Positions 37,464 through 51,039 of a stretch of DNA of 64,000 nucleotides are shown piece by piece (position 1 is the stretch's first letter; each line of letters begins with the position of its first letter). The DNA is taken from the NCBI GenBank assembly GCA_010015585.1, contig ML975154.1. One strand, 5' to 3'. A model generated the notes under the pieces. It ran no database searches, was not told the origin of the DNA, and worked only from the letters and a program-made list of their open reading frames with translations. The position numbers and the translations under genes were made by a program. Source of the DNA: Eremomyces bilateralis CBS 781.70 (Eukaryota).

Positions 37464-40400
37464 ATGTCATCTCCCTCGTACCGACAATCTGTCGATAGAT
37501 ATAGCTCCCCGACCTCAGCGACTTCACAACATGGTCAGTTTCCGTTTCCGAGCCCAGACTGGACCGCTGGGCGGCAAGGGTCGACATCAAGCCTTCGACG
37601 GGGTTCCGTTGCCAGCTCCATCGGCTCGATTGGAGGCTCCTTGGACACCATCGGTCAGCCGAAGGGCAATGCGATGACGGAAATTGGACAGAATGGTCAG
37701 TAGGAAGAGCATCTAGAGCCGACCACATCAAAGAAGCGGGCTCTAACCCTTTCGCTTAGCAATATCAACGCTCCTCCAGCCACCTATGCTTCGAACCGGA
37801 CTCAACCCACACATAACACCATCCACCTCACATCGCCCTCCTACCACCCGAGATATTCCTCCCGTCACATTGGCCAATATCCCTCGTGTGGATAACTCCG
37901 TGTTCAAAACATATTTAGCGCAAATCGCGCCTTTGGTCGAGTCATTCCAGAGGGCCAGGTTAGGGTCGGAAAAAGATCCGGGTCGCAAACACAAAGGATC
38001 ATCACAAGAAGAGCGCGTTGTGGATACGCTTGAGCGGAAACTGAGTCGAGATAGCCTAGGAGCCGAACTTCCCCGACGAGCCAGTTCAACCAGCGTTCTC
38101 TCCCCTGTTGAACCATCGGAAGGAAGACGGCGCTCCGGTGCCGGTTCGTCGAGGAGAGCGGCCGCGACCGTAGCGCCTCTCTCAACTATCCCGAGTGTAT
38201 ACTTCGATGGCAACTTTCAGCTGGAAAACCCGCGTACATTTGACGTAGTCAGCGAACGCTCCGAAGTAGTGCGATCCCCCTATCCATCCAAAGATGACGG
38301 GCAAGGCGCGAACGGACATCCGAATGGCGCCCCAGCACCTCCACGGAAGGCGCTTGCTACCAATGCGATTCTACAAGAGAAATTGTCGTGGTACATGGAC
38401 ACCGTGGAAATCCATCTAATTTCTTCAATTTCCACAGCTTCCGCGTCATTCTTTGCGGCACTTGGTTCCCTTAAAGACCTGCAGTCGGAGGCTTCGGATT
38501 CGGTAACCAAGATCAAGAAGCTGCGGGAAGATCTCGCCAAACTCGACCAAGACATGGCTCAAGGGGGTCTCGAGATTCTTTCCTTGCAACGACGGCGCGA
38601 GAATTTGCGGAAGCTTGGGCAGTCGATGATTCAACTGCGATGCATCATGGATGGCGCCACCCATTGCGAAGAACTGGTTGACAGTGGCGAGTTAGAGCTT
38701 GCAATCGACCGTCTCGACATCCTCGAACGATATGTGGCAGGGAAACTGCCCAGCGTTCAGGGCGAGGATTTGTCGTGGTTAACGTCCAATCCTGCGCAGC
38801 ATATCTATGACCTAAGAAGTCTCAAAGCATTAGAAGGGTTCACGAATGGGGTGAATCTGCTTCGGGACAGAGTTGGGAAAGGATTCGAAGCCAGATTCCT
38901 GGAGACTTTGCTTGCCGATCTACGGCAGCACGTCTTTACGGTGCCGAATAAAGAAACGTTACGAGGGTGGGCTTTCGCGTCTCAGCGTTCAAGAGGCGGC
39001 CACGGGCGCTCGCAGTCAGGATTTCCTGCCTACATGAAGACGGACGATAAGTTTAGAGAAGATCTACAGTCGATTTTGCATGGTCTCAACCGCTCACGAC
39101 ACACCGGACCAGCTGCGATTGCATTTCGAGAGGCAGTGATGCGGGAAATGAAGAGCTTAATCCGCCAACATCTGCCCAGCTCGTCCGATGACGATGCCGA
39201 GTCATTGGCATCGGCATCGACGCGGAACAGCCGAGCTTTGAGTCAACAAGAGAAGTCGGTGATACTTGCTCGTAATCTGCGCGCCTTAGATCCCGAATCC
39301 GCCGAGGACCTACTGGTGAAGACATACACTGCAGTGGGAGAGGTCCTTCGGCGGCTGGGCGTCCAGGTGAAGGTTCTCCTCGATGTGACGACCGGAATGT
39401 TCGTCCCTCCTCCCAAGTCGGATGTCTCGTCCCCGCCGCGAAGCCCGAGCATTCCCAGCATCGAGAAGACGATCGTCCCCGGCCGACATAGGGCGGACTC
39501 CAGTTCCGTACAAGAGGAAATCTCACAGAGCTTGGACATGTCCAGCCTTTTAGGGCAAGCTGTCGACGTCGCTTTAACGCACGTTACCAAAGTCCTAAAG
39601 GCACGCTCGGAGCAGACAGTCCGCCTTCCCATGGAGTTTTTCCTGCGATATTTCACGTTGAATCGGTTATTCACCGACGAATGCGAAGCAGTCTCGGGCC
39701 GATCCGGCGCATCGCTCAAGTCCGTGGTCAATATGCAGATCAAAGAATTTGTGACTTTGTTCGGGGAATCGGAAAGGCAAAAGCTGCAACAAGTGCTCGA
39801 TGCGGATCGGTGGGACGCCAAAGATGTTGGCGAGGCCGAATCGGCGGCTCTCTCGCGGATTTTGGAAAGCATGACATCGGACCCGCCTACATGGACGAAG
39901 ATCGCCGACCTGTGGGCAGATCCAGAGTCAAAAGAAGACGACGAACAGGGCGCCGAGGGAGAGACAAATGGCGTTAAAGAGACAGAAAAGGCCAGAAGTG
40001 CAGTCATTGACGAAGACAAGTACATATTGGTCGCGTCCACCATTCATCTCCTACGCACGGTCGAACGGTTCTGCATTATTCTCACGATTATCCCTCCAAT
40101 GAGCAACGAGATATCGACCTCGCTCCTCGACTATCTAAAACTTTTCAACTCCCGGTCTTGCCAGCTCATCCTCGGTGCCGGCGCAATTGGCACGGCTGGG
40201 TTGAAAAATATCCTAACGAAACATCTCGCTCTTGCATCTCAGTCCTTGAGCTTCGTCATCGCCTTGGTTCCTTACCTTCGAGAGTTTATTCGTCGGAGAC
40301 CCTCCACATCACCTGGGACTCTGGCAGAATTTGACAAGGTGAAACGCCTGGTTCAGGATCACCAATCGAGCATAGACGAGAAGTTCGTTGATATCATGGC

Positions 40401-40906
40401 CTTGCGCTGCTCGTCCCACATATCAGCAATGAAAAAGCTGGATTTCGATGCAGAGAAGGAAACACAGCGGAACGTTAGTCCATATATGGAGACACTGACG
40501 AAGGAGACCAGCACGCTCCAGAGAGTGCTCGCTAGGCACCTACCAGATGGAAACGTGAAGATGATCATGCTCCCCGTCTTCACCAACTACAAAGAGCAAT
40601 GGGGCAAGGCGTTCGCAGATGCCACGGTAACCACAGCACCAGGGAAAGCAAGGTATGGCCTTCGTCAACGAGAACTTCATGGGTGGTGCTAACCTGCGTA
40701 GACTTCTACGCGACGCCGAGTTGTTCGATACGAGGCTGAGCAAGATCGATGGATCTGGTGATATCGGCGCCTACGTCAAGGACATCGTGCACAAAAAGAA
40801 AGTCCAAGAGAAACCAGCGCCCGCCCCAACGGCTGAAGGTGACGATGACGCGGAGACGCCGAAGGACGTAGCCCCAGAGCCGGAAGAGAAGCAGTCGGAC
40901 TCGTGA
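37464..40906 (+). CDS. VPS54: GARP complex subunit Vps54
   Basis: PPTTRDIPPVTL, LQEKLSWYMDTVEIHLISSIS and FNSRSCQLILGAGA...GLKNILTKHLALASQ. Introns near 37697-37759 and 40653-40701. Confidence 0.93.
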
Positions 40907-41311
40907 ATTAGCGTTGGTCTTCGTTCGGGCGTTTCCTTTTTCCAACCGGACGACAACTTGAGTTGGATCGTCGTTGCATTGGGCGGAGTTCATGTGTTGA
41001 GGATCCATTTAGCGTGCGATGAGATCGTTTAACTATATGTACAAACTTCTAACAGATGTTTTACAGCCGCGCTTGGCGGAGGCACGGGTGGATTGGCCTG
41101 CTGTGCTGACTATCAGCATCAAACACGACAATACAAGTCCATTCTGCCTTCGTATGACTCTCCCGTGATGTCAATCCAACATCTCCATGTCTAGTAAACC
41201 GGTGCAATGCGATCAAAATGGGTACGAACGCTCAAGCCCGTAATCCATGCAAACCCAGTCTTTTGTCTCTTTCCGAATAACGCCATTCAATGCCATGACA
41301 AATCAACACGA

Positions 41312-42085
41312 TCATCTCTTGCTAGTCTTCTTCAACGTCGCGTTCGCGCTCGCCGAACCCAACGCAGCCCTCTGTTTGAGATAGTGCCTGACCACATTCT
41401 CAACGGATCCCTTGTCGTGCTCCGGTTTCCGGAGATACGTCAACCGCGCCCTTCTCGCCCGCTTCTCCGCCCGCTTCACCACCTCCATTCCGACCACGTT
41501 CGGACTGTAGACCTTGAACCACATCTCCACGCCGACCCTCGTCAATTGGCCGCGCAGCAGCACCGCCGTGTCCGTCCCTGCCCTTTTGATGCTGATCACC
41601 ACGCCGGCGAACGGGTCGCCGCTCCGTTGCCGCACGAGGAGAATGTCGCCGGGGCAGACTCGTTCGGGGTTGGTTGGCGCGAACAACCGCGTCCGCGTGC
41701 CGGAGGGATCGAGGTGCCGGATATGCGTTTCGGTGAGGACTTTGAGGGGCTCTTTGCATATCGGGAATGGACTCGGGGGAACTTCATGGACGCGGATTCC
41801 CAGATCTCGAAGTTTCGGACGAGGGGGACGACTGTTCAACGCTACAATGCTTCGTCAACATCCATCCGCCAGGCAGGTGAAGCACACGGCTCCAGGGGCG
41901 AACGTACCGGCATTGACCATCTTTGTAAGCGGTCGTCGTTTCCCGACCATGGGCGGAGGATACGATCGAGGCGGAGGCGGTCCCATGGCCACACGCGGCT
42001 GGACTTTGGGAGCTTTGCGCCATTTGAAAAACGACGCAAGTGACGGGACCTTTAAAGATCGCAGGGATTTTGTGATCGCGGACAT
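41312..42085 (-). CDS. IMG1: Mitochondrial ribosomal protein bL19m (Img1-like)
   Basis: PGDILLVR...FAGVVISIKRAGTDTAVLLRGQLTRVGVEMWFKVYSP...RARRARLTYLR. Intron 41842-41907. Basic N-terminal presequence. Confidence 0.88.
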
Positions 42086-42598
42086 CGTATCTAACAGCAC
42101 GGCAGCGCCGCGTCTAACAATTCGAGTCGTCAATGGGATTCCGATGTGGATTGTAGAAAGTTGCTGGCTTTTGGCTGGGAGTTGAAGGGTTCGGACGGTG
42201 GATGACTAAGCCAGGCATCCCAAACTTTGAAGTCCAAGACTGTAGGACCTTTATTAACGTACCTCCGTATCCCCTAGGTACTATATTATCAATGCTAGGA
42301 CAAGAATTCTCGGCCCTGGAGATATACGGTTGCACATGTGAAGCTATTGGGTAGATTGCTGAACCATTATTTTGATGGTTGCGATTGAGGTAGTGGAAAT
42401 GCCGCTTCAACTCCTCTGTGTGGTAGCAGCCTGGTAAACATAACCCGAGACCATAGGAACTTTTGTTGGTAAAAAAAGAAATATATGACCATGTACTAGT
42501 TCGCCTGTATACCCCCTATTTCCCGAGAATAAATTTGAGCCCGACGCCGAACCATGCTGACCGGAATCCCAGTATGCTCATGCCACAGGAATTGTTCC

Positions 42599-43789
42599 CT
42601 AGCATGCCGAACGAAAATCGGCGTCCTCCTCCTCCGGTATTCCACCAGAGTTTTCCTCCCTCTGTCTCAGCTCCTCCTCTTGCTTCTGCACTACGTCCTC
42701 CTCCATCCACCGTAGACCATTGGCGGCCTCTTCTAGGGGGAACACCTCGCGTGCGTATTCTTCCATGCTCCGGAACCCTTCCCATAGCTCTAACGCTTCC
42801 TCCAAGCACTTCTCTTGAAGGTCCGGCCCGAAGTACGGAGCTCGTTGGTTGCCGAGAACCTCTTCCAGGATCTCTAGGTGTTCTCGATATCCCGTCGGAA
42901 CAGGAAGAGATATCGTGATAGGGGCACGGACATAGTGAACGGGCCGATTCAGAGCCCTACTGAAGTCACGACAGACTTCAAGGGGAGTGAGATTCTGGAA
43001 CGCAAGGCAGACTCTGTGAGAAACAGTTAATATGATGCTCGGACACACGAGGGAAGTATTGAGCCACTGGGGGTGAATCGAACACCAAGTTCTCAAACCC
43101 AAATTATTCGCTTACCTTTCGCCATGCCATCTTTGCGGGCCATGTTTGAAAATCTGAAGAATTGCCGGGCCAACGTCATGCTCAGCGTCAAGCCATGGGA
43201 GCTTATCGTGCTCATGGAACGGAGCTCTCCACTCAAAGCTTCCATCGTCTAGCAACTCCATCCGGAACAGCGGGTAATCCAAGCTCGTAAAGTTGTTGTG
43301 GTATATCGCCGTATACACAAATGTCGCTCGAAGCCCGAGCTTTTTCACGTACTCTTCAATTTCTGCTTTGCGTGCCCAGAGTGGCAACGATTTCCATCCC
43401 TTTCGAAATCTTGAGTGGTCGGGCATCGTGCTATAGATATAGTGCTTCACACCGACCCGCTTCGCTTCGTCCGCCAATGCTTTTCCCACAGCAAATTCGT
43501 TACCCCAGTGCGTGGTGTTGATGAAGGCCAGGTCGACACCCCCGTTCTCCGTGCTGAAGAGTTCTGCAATAACGCCCGGCTCTTCCAGATCGCCTTCGAT
43601 CACGGTGACGTTGGGTAGGCTGCAAATCTCCTGCGCTACGATCCCTTTGCGATCGCGCATCTGCGCACGAACGTTCCAGCCAATGGCTGCCGCCACTCGC
43701 ACCACACTCGCGGCTTGACGACCACTGCTGTTAATCGTAACCAGGGTCTTGCCCGTCCGCATGGTTAGGGTTCTGATGGTGGACGGCAT
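42599..43789 (-). CDS. nmrA: Nitrogen metabolite repression regulator NmrA/NMR1
   Basis: INSSGRQAASVVRVA, LAFINTT, HYIYSTMPDH, FEWRAPF...LPWLDAEHDVGPA and EYAREVFPLEEAANG. One intron about 43014-43115. Confidence 0.9.
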
Positions 43790-44138
43790 TGGAGCGATAT
43801 GGCTAAAGGCCCCTCAGCCTGAGCGACCGGACCGATTGCAATATATTTCCCCCTTCTCCAGTATCGGCCGAGAGTTGAAGGGAGCAGAGCGGAAAACAAC
43901 CGATCGCAGCTTCCGTGCAGTGCGCGTTTTCGATGTCTGGACTTAGGATGACGATAGCTGAATTTTGGGAAAGGATTTTTGATACCAGAGCGTCGATGCT
44001 GTGATCGCAACCAGGATTAGGCCACCGCTATCGAAGCCTAGTCAGGTCAAATCATCAATATGAGTATAAGGCAACCGGTGGCAGAAATCGTCCGAAAGAG
44101 GATATCGATCAGCCAATAAGACTTTGCTAAGGATGCAG

Positions 44139-44437
44139 GATAAGGAGCTGATAAGTGATAACGCAGACGCAGTCGGACGTTTCGAGGTAAGCGTTTCCGC
44201 CGTGGTCAAGGTAGACTTCCACCGACAGGCCGACTTCAACGGGTTGAAACTTTGGGTGTTCTCAGTAGAAACTTGCGAAATATGACGTTATCAGCTGTTC
44301 AAGATGGGGGAGGCAGCCGAAGGGAATTTGGAAGGTCACTGCGGATGGTACGGGCACGGGAAGCGTACCGTACCTATATTCGGCGGTGATGACTAGGTAT
44401 TCTCAAGCAAGACAGGAGCACGCAACAACTTGATAAG
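44139..44437. promoter_or_regulatory. Cluster of GATA-factor (AreA/NIT2-type) sites upstream of nmrA
   Basis: GATAAG 44139, GATAAG 44150, GATAAC 44157, TTATCA 44288 and GATAAG 44432. Confidence 0.55.
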
Positions 44438-46644
44438 AATGCATAAGAGGCGGATGGGCAAAATATGAAGTCGCAGAATGTCCACAACCTGCCAGAAAAA
44501 GTTGACGATGTGCAGGCACAGGGTTCAAATGCAAGCCGGTGGACAGGGTCTTGGAGGGATAGGCATCGGGAAAAGGCAGTCCCATGGCGCTGGTGGTTGA
44601 TTCGCGTTACTTCGCGTTGAAACGGCTTCCGGAGGAATAGGGAAGAAGGGTTCGGGTTAGGGACCGACGACGAGAGGAGATGACAGGCCAAGGGGGCCAG
44701 GAATCATGCCAAAAATGAAAAATTACCGTAATTAAGCACCACGTGCGTGAAAGTCTGACCAAGGTCTGGGCCAGGCAGGCGCTGAGGAGATGAAAAAGTT
44801 ACATGTATTAGCAAAGATTAGCCAAAGGAGCAAGGTCCCCCGTTGGTGTCACGCATCTTCAACGCCATCCAGAGACCGTACGAGAGGACTTCCTATTACC
44901 TAATAATCGACTATCCTTGGCCGCCTTTTTCCAGTTAATAAACAGAGTGGACTGGTTCGGCACGCTTACAGCTTCACGAGACCACGAGAAGTTCGATCCA
45001 TCCCCGCCAGCGTTGGCTTGGATGTGGCCGGACGTTTGACGGTGAGCGGGACTGCGGGATACATGGTGAATTGTTGATCGTGATCGGATAGAATTCATGG
45101 AAAACTTGAACTGGTGAAGTCTCCCTACCGTTCTAACAGCGATCCTGTGTTCAATGTGTTGAAGAGTTGATACAGGTCTTCCCTCTAATACAGCATCCCT
45201 CAGCCAAGATTTGTGGGCTGATCATCATAATCCTTCGTCGTTGATTCCTCTACACGTCTACATGTTAGCCTCCTTGACAAGAACCAAAGAATGGTGACCA
45301 GCTACGCAGCAGATGCCCAAGTCGAGTCTCTCTTGAATCGAGGCCCCTCGCACAAGGCACCACCGCACCAGCGATCCGATATTTAGCTAAAAATTTCGAT
45401 ATTGCGGGGTACCCGGCCCCACTGCACACTTTGCTTCTGTTAGGTCTCAATTCTCCAAACGCTCAATTCTCATGCGGTCACGGCGTCATCCAACCGACGT
45501 GTAATATCTGATCGGCACTCTGCAGCCACGTTCTTGACTCCCAGGGCCTGCAGCAGTGCAGCTCCGTACTCGGCCGATGACGAGAGCTCAGAGCTCATGC
45601 TTGAAACCAGTCCTCCGGTTCGTCGGGATGACTGATGAGGGCATTAGGGCGGTACGGGAATCAGAGACAAGCGACCCCCGCCACTGGTAGATCGCGCCTT
45701 GGACTGCATCGTGCGATGCGTAGGATGTTGCATCTCCGGAGTCAACACACGTGATGCGAAGGGCGAGATTCCAAGATCATCGCCCTCTGCTTACCCACCT
45801 TAAGTGCTGAAGCCTGAAGGATGTTGCTGATGATACCATGGAGGCGGCATCGTGCGGCATCGCCTATTCCCCAGTTGTACACAGAACTCTTCGAGCCAGG
45901 CTCAATTTCTTTAACTTACAGAATAGATTGAACCAGAATTTCTTGAAGAATATCGGGTGGGTCCGCTGTGGTTAAACCCTGAACAGTGGGGAGCAATGTC
46001 CATTATTATTATTAATATTCAACCGAAGTTTGGTTAGACAGCGACACGGAGAAGGGAGAAATTCCCCTTTTGCTAAAAGGGTGGATCGGCTGCGCAAATA
46101 TTGATGAAAGGGAAGGATGCTTGGCATTCGAGCATAGCGACGCTGGGAGGAACAAGTTACTGGACTAAACTCTTCCTTTTCTTTGTAATTACGTTATGAT
46201 ATCCCAATTCGCATCAAGTAATCAACTGTCTTTGGTGGGAGAAAATTGCACCCACCGCAGAGTGCAGACCAGCCCATGTCACCGCAACCAACTTCCAAAA
46301 GGAGCTGGGAGTGAGAAAGACAAACTCGGTTGCCTTTAAGCACACCATCAACACCGGAAATCGATTCATAGAATGGCGAAGTATCACGCGATGCTGAAAT
46401 TTGTTTTGTTATCTGAACTTCTGTCGAAGCAGATCAATGAGTGTCGAACGGCTAAAGCTCTCGCGGCCATAATGAATGAATGGACACCCGAGCCCGATAC
46501 CTGTGAAAGGAGAAGACAGCAAGAATTGTCCTCACGCGAGTCAATCTGTTACCACTTTCCGTCCACGTCAATTCCTTCCACTCGCCTTTGCATGCAATTT
46601 TAGTCAGTCTTCTCCTTACACCCGATGGCATAAGCTCCCCCTTT

Positions 46645-49600
46645 TTAGGCAATTTGATTTCCTCCATCGAATCTAGCACCCTTTTCAGTACCTTTTTCAG
46701 CATCAATCACCACCGTCTTGAGATGTTTTCCACTCCAAATCCCAAACCGGCGTTTGATGGCTTTCCAGATCTCAATGTAGCAAGTGTATACGACCGTGCA
46801 GCCGACCACAATGCCCCACTCCCAGGTCAGACCTTGGTGCTTGAACACCACTCGGTTCATCACCGGGATATACACGATGGGAAAGCAGATGACGAATCCG
46901 GCCATCACGGACCAGAACAGGAATCGGTTCCGCCAGAGCGTGGAGAACACCGAGAACAGGCCAGTGTGGCGACTTGGGTCCATGTTGAACAACGATCGTG
47001 AAAAGTGCTTGACTTCCCACGCCGTGACGAGGAGCAGGAAGGTGAGCGTCGCATAGGTCGTCGCCCGAGCACGGTAGACCACATCACAACTGTCGTTGTA
47101 GCCTTCGTTGCAATCATGGCCGAGGTTTCCGCCGCCCGCACCATAGCTGACCGAGGCAAAGGAGACGAGACACAGGGAGCCTAGGAACACGCCATAGATG
47201 AACTTGTCGGTGATCAACTCCGCGGTAAATACCCCGACCTGCAAATTGGCAGGCGGGCGGTACATGATGTCTGGCTGCGCATCTTCAAGGCCAAGCCCAA
47301 TCGCCAAGAACGAGGACGTGATCAAGTTGACCCACAGGATCTCCAAGGGAGAAAGTGGGAATATGGAGACGCCATTGTCGTCCTTGAACGCGAGGCCGAG
47401 AAGAAGGAGCACGACTTGTGCAATGTTCGAGATCAGGAGGTGCATCAGGAACTACGTACAAAGTAAGCATGGACAAGATGAACGACGCGTGCAGACCTAC
47501 CTTCTGGATGTTGTCGAAAAGTCGACGGCCTTCCTCGATTGCTTTCACAATCGATGCGAAATTGTCATCCGTCAGGACCATGTCTGCCGCCTCTTTGGCA
47601 ACATCGCTACCGGATTTACCCATCGCGATACCTACATCAGCGCGCTGAAGAGCCGGGGAATCGTTGATCCCGTCACCCGTCATCACGCAGAAGACCTTGC
47701 GTCTATGCAATGCCTCTACCATCCGGACCTTTGTCGACGGGCTGCAACGAGCAACGACAAGAGGCAGATCCTCCATCTTATCCACTTCCTCATTGGTCAG
47801 CTTGTCGAAATCCGCCGCAAGCATGATCTTTCGATCCTTCCCGATTAAGTCCGCTGGTTTCAGAATACCAACCTCCTTTGCAATCGATGTAGCCGTCTTG
47901 ATGTGATCGCCGGTCAACATGTGCACGACAACTCCCGCGGTCTGGCATTTCTTGACCGCGCCGGCGGTTTCTAGACGAGGTGGATCGTATAGTCCGACCA
48001 GACCAAGGAAGTCGAGCTCAATTTCCATGCGGTCTCGATTGCCCCGTTGTTCTTCGCTCAATCCCGTGGGAATTGGTTTGTGTGCTACGCAGAGAACTCG
48101 CAAGCCTTCTGCAGCCAATTCCTCGACCTTCTCTTTCATTTCCTCGGCCAGCTCCGGGGAAATGTTCAGGAGCGGCAAGAGGACCTCGGCCGCACCCTTC
48201 GCATACATGTGGAAACTGCCATCGCCGTTGCGATAGATGACCGACATGCGCTTTAGGGCAGACTCGAAAGGAAATTCGACCGCCAGTGTGCTTCGCCCGT
48301 CTTCAAGTAGAGTCGGTTTGCCTAGGTTGAAACGCGTGGCCAGAACTTGAAGAGCAATCTCGGTAGGTTCACCAAGGGCGGTCCATGTGTCAGGTGCTGA
48401 CGCGGTATTTGCTGTGCTTAGTGACGCAGAGTCCTTCGACATATTTGTCACTGTCGCCAGATTGCAGAGGGCAACCGTTGTGAGGAACATCGTCAGGTGC
48501 GGGTCTTGATTGAAGGACTGCTCCGTGGTCACCCAGTTCGAGTCGTCCACAAATCCGCTTGTCGGATCAAAAGGAGTCGCGTCCTTGATGAAGAGGGTAC
48601 CGGATCCCGGTATCCAGACCTCCTTGGCTACCATTGATCCCTGCGTAATCGTTTGCGTCTTATCGGAACAGATATGGTTTGTACCTCCAACGGCCTCAAG
48701 AGCCGCAAGTTTTCGTGTAATGACATTGCTGTTTGCCATGGCTTTAGTAGCAACGGAAAATGTGATGGTCAAGACGGCGATGAGAGACTCCGGAATGACT
48801 GCCACCGCCACGCAGATCCCATAGATAAGGACTTCGCCATCTACTTCCCATTTGCTGACGGAGAAGACGATGATCGCAAGGAGGATTGCAAGACCGAAGA
48901 GCAGTAGGGCAAACTTGCTAAGTTTGACTTGAAGAGGCGTTCCCACCAGACCTAGAATGTGCTTGGCGGTGTTTCGGGCCTTTCGTAAAGCCTTGATGGC
49001 CTTGCTGCCGTCCTTAGCATTCCCGTTGGAACGTAGCATGTCTGCAATCTTTCCGACCTCAGTGTGCATTCCGGTGGCGATCACGACTCCTTTGGCACGG
49101 CCACGAGTGATGGTACTTGCAGAGAAGGCAAGATTGGTCCGATCACCGGTTGCAATGTCGAGGGATGTAAACAATTTCTCGGGAGTTTTATGGACTGGAA
49201 GCGATTCGCCCGTGAGCAAAGCTTCGTCCGCAGCCGTGTTGATTCCCTCAAAGAGTCGAACATCGGCAGGCACGATATCACCAGTCGTCAGCTGAATGAC
49301 ATCCCCGACCACGAGACTGAAAGCCTCGATGATCTTGGATTCCCCGTCTCGAACTACGGTGGTCTGCGGAGCAGATAGCTCAAATAGCGAGGCAATTGTT
49401 TGTTCTGCATTGTAATCTTGGTAGAATCCTACAATGATGTTCAGAGTGATGACTCCAGCGATAACAGAGCCTTCGATATAGTCGTCGATGATGAATGACA
49501 GGGTCATAGTAATGAGAAGAACAATGGTCAGACTATTCGAGATCTGTCTCAAGAATATCTGCCACTTGGATACTCCCTCAGCTGCTTTAATCTTGTTCGG

Positions 49601-49876
49601 CCCATGGTAGCGAAGACGAGCATCTGCTTCGGTAGCAGAGAGCCCATGGTGCAAGTTTACATCGAGAAGCTGGGCGACTTGCTCTGCTGAAAGCGTATGA
49701 GCCTTTTGGGCTATATCATCTGCGGTGAAATTCGGTGTTGGATCCTGTGATTCAGTGCTGAGATTCGATTCCGGACGACCCGAATCGTCGGTGGTGTGAG
49801 GATGTGGCGATTTCTTGGTTTGGCCACATATAGGAGGTTCGGAACTCTCCTCGGGGATGGGGTCTTCTATACCCAT
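46645..49876 (-). CDS. ENA1: P-type IID Na+/K+-efflux ATPase (ENA family)
   Basis: DEALLTGES, AVIPESL, ICSDKTQTITQG, GLYDPPR, MLTGDH, MTGDGINDSPAL and MHLLISNIAQV. Single intron about 47454-47500. Confidence 0.92.
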
Positions 49877-51039
49877 TCAATAATAAGCGTGAGGAACCTA
49901 GAGTAGTAGTAGAATCAACAAAGAGGCACCCAATCTCTTAAGCACCGGAAAGACAGGAAGGGAATTGGAATTTCCAGAAAGATGCACGAAGCAACAGGGT
50001 GGGAAACGCGGAGATACCTTATACCCCTCCCCCGTGGGTGAAGCAAGTGGGACTGCAGGCATCCTCACTTCTTGTGCAAGCGGCAAGCCTGAGTTGCAGT
50101 TGCAGTGAAAGAATCGCTGTCTTGGCTACAGCAGCAAGCATTAGTTCAGTTAAGCGAATGGCGAACACACATATGCCTAGTCACTCAACGTCATATTCCG
50201 CCAACGCCGAGCATACATGAGGCTCTTGGTGCTTGGACATGCGGACTTGGGGCGGACTAAGTTCATAGGTTCGGATTGCAGATCCAGCAACTTAGGTTTC
50301 TGTCCCTATTATGGTCGGTACTCGGAATGAATAATAATGGACCCATGGTCTGAATCTGATAGATATAAGAATGAGGCGACCAATTGAATAGATAGCATGG
50401 ATTCAGCAGCAACTAGTAATATTCCATAAGAGTCTTGGTCTCCTTGGAGCTCTCAGGAGATGGAAGGATTGAATGCAACTTTGCTCCATTCGTCACCTTC
50501 AGCGATTCAAAACCTCAACCATTATCAAACCAATAGCAATCACGTTCTTTGACTTCTTTCAGTGGCAATTGGGAGTGATTTGTCGTGAATGTTTACGGAG
50601 GACGTTGAAATTAAACTCGGTCCGAAGGTGATAATTGGAGGTCACGTGACTAGAATCTCTAACCTCTGGCCCCTGGCACGTGCTTGAGAGTTTGATTAAC
50701 GATTGACTGATGTCAAAGCAATCAATCTTCGTCTGTCTTCACAATTGAGTGTTTCCCGAACATGCTCATCAGAGAGTTCCAGCATCCAGCCATCATTAAT
50801 GCTACGTTGTGCAGCGTGTCGCCTTTCTGCGTTTGATTTGTGACTTGTGGCACGTCAACTTCGTTGGTGTCGCCAATATCATAGCCACCCGCATCAGGAC
50901 CTCATAACACGCTCATTACCACATCCCACATTCGTTTTGCGATTGCTACTGCCAGCTGCTCCATTAACGTACCTTCAACTGCTACGTGGCACTATACACT
51001 GATACGCCTAAGACCGATACCGGGGAACAGTTTGCGACA

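Noticed and set aside
41207..42185. Long + strand ORFs (278 aa and 223 aa)
   Set aside because: Antisense shadows of the GC-rich bL19m gene. The same applies to most alternative-frame ORFs overlapping the annotated genes, e.g. 4213-4932, 16108-16860, 24193-24903, 39243-40043 and 62832-63458.
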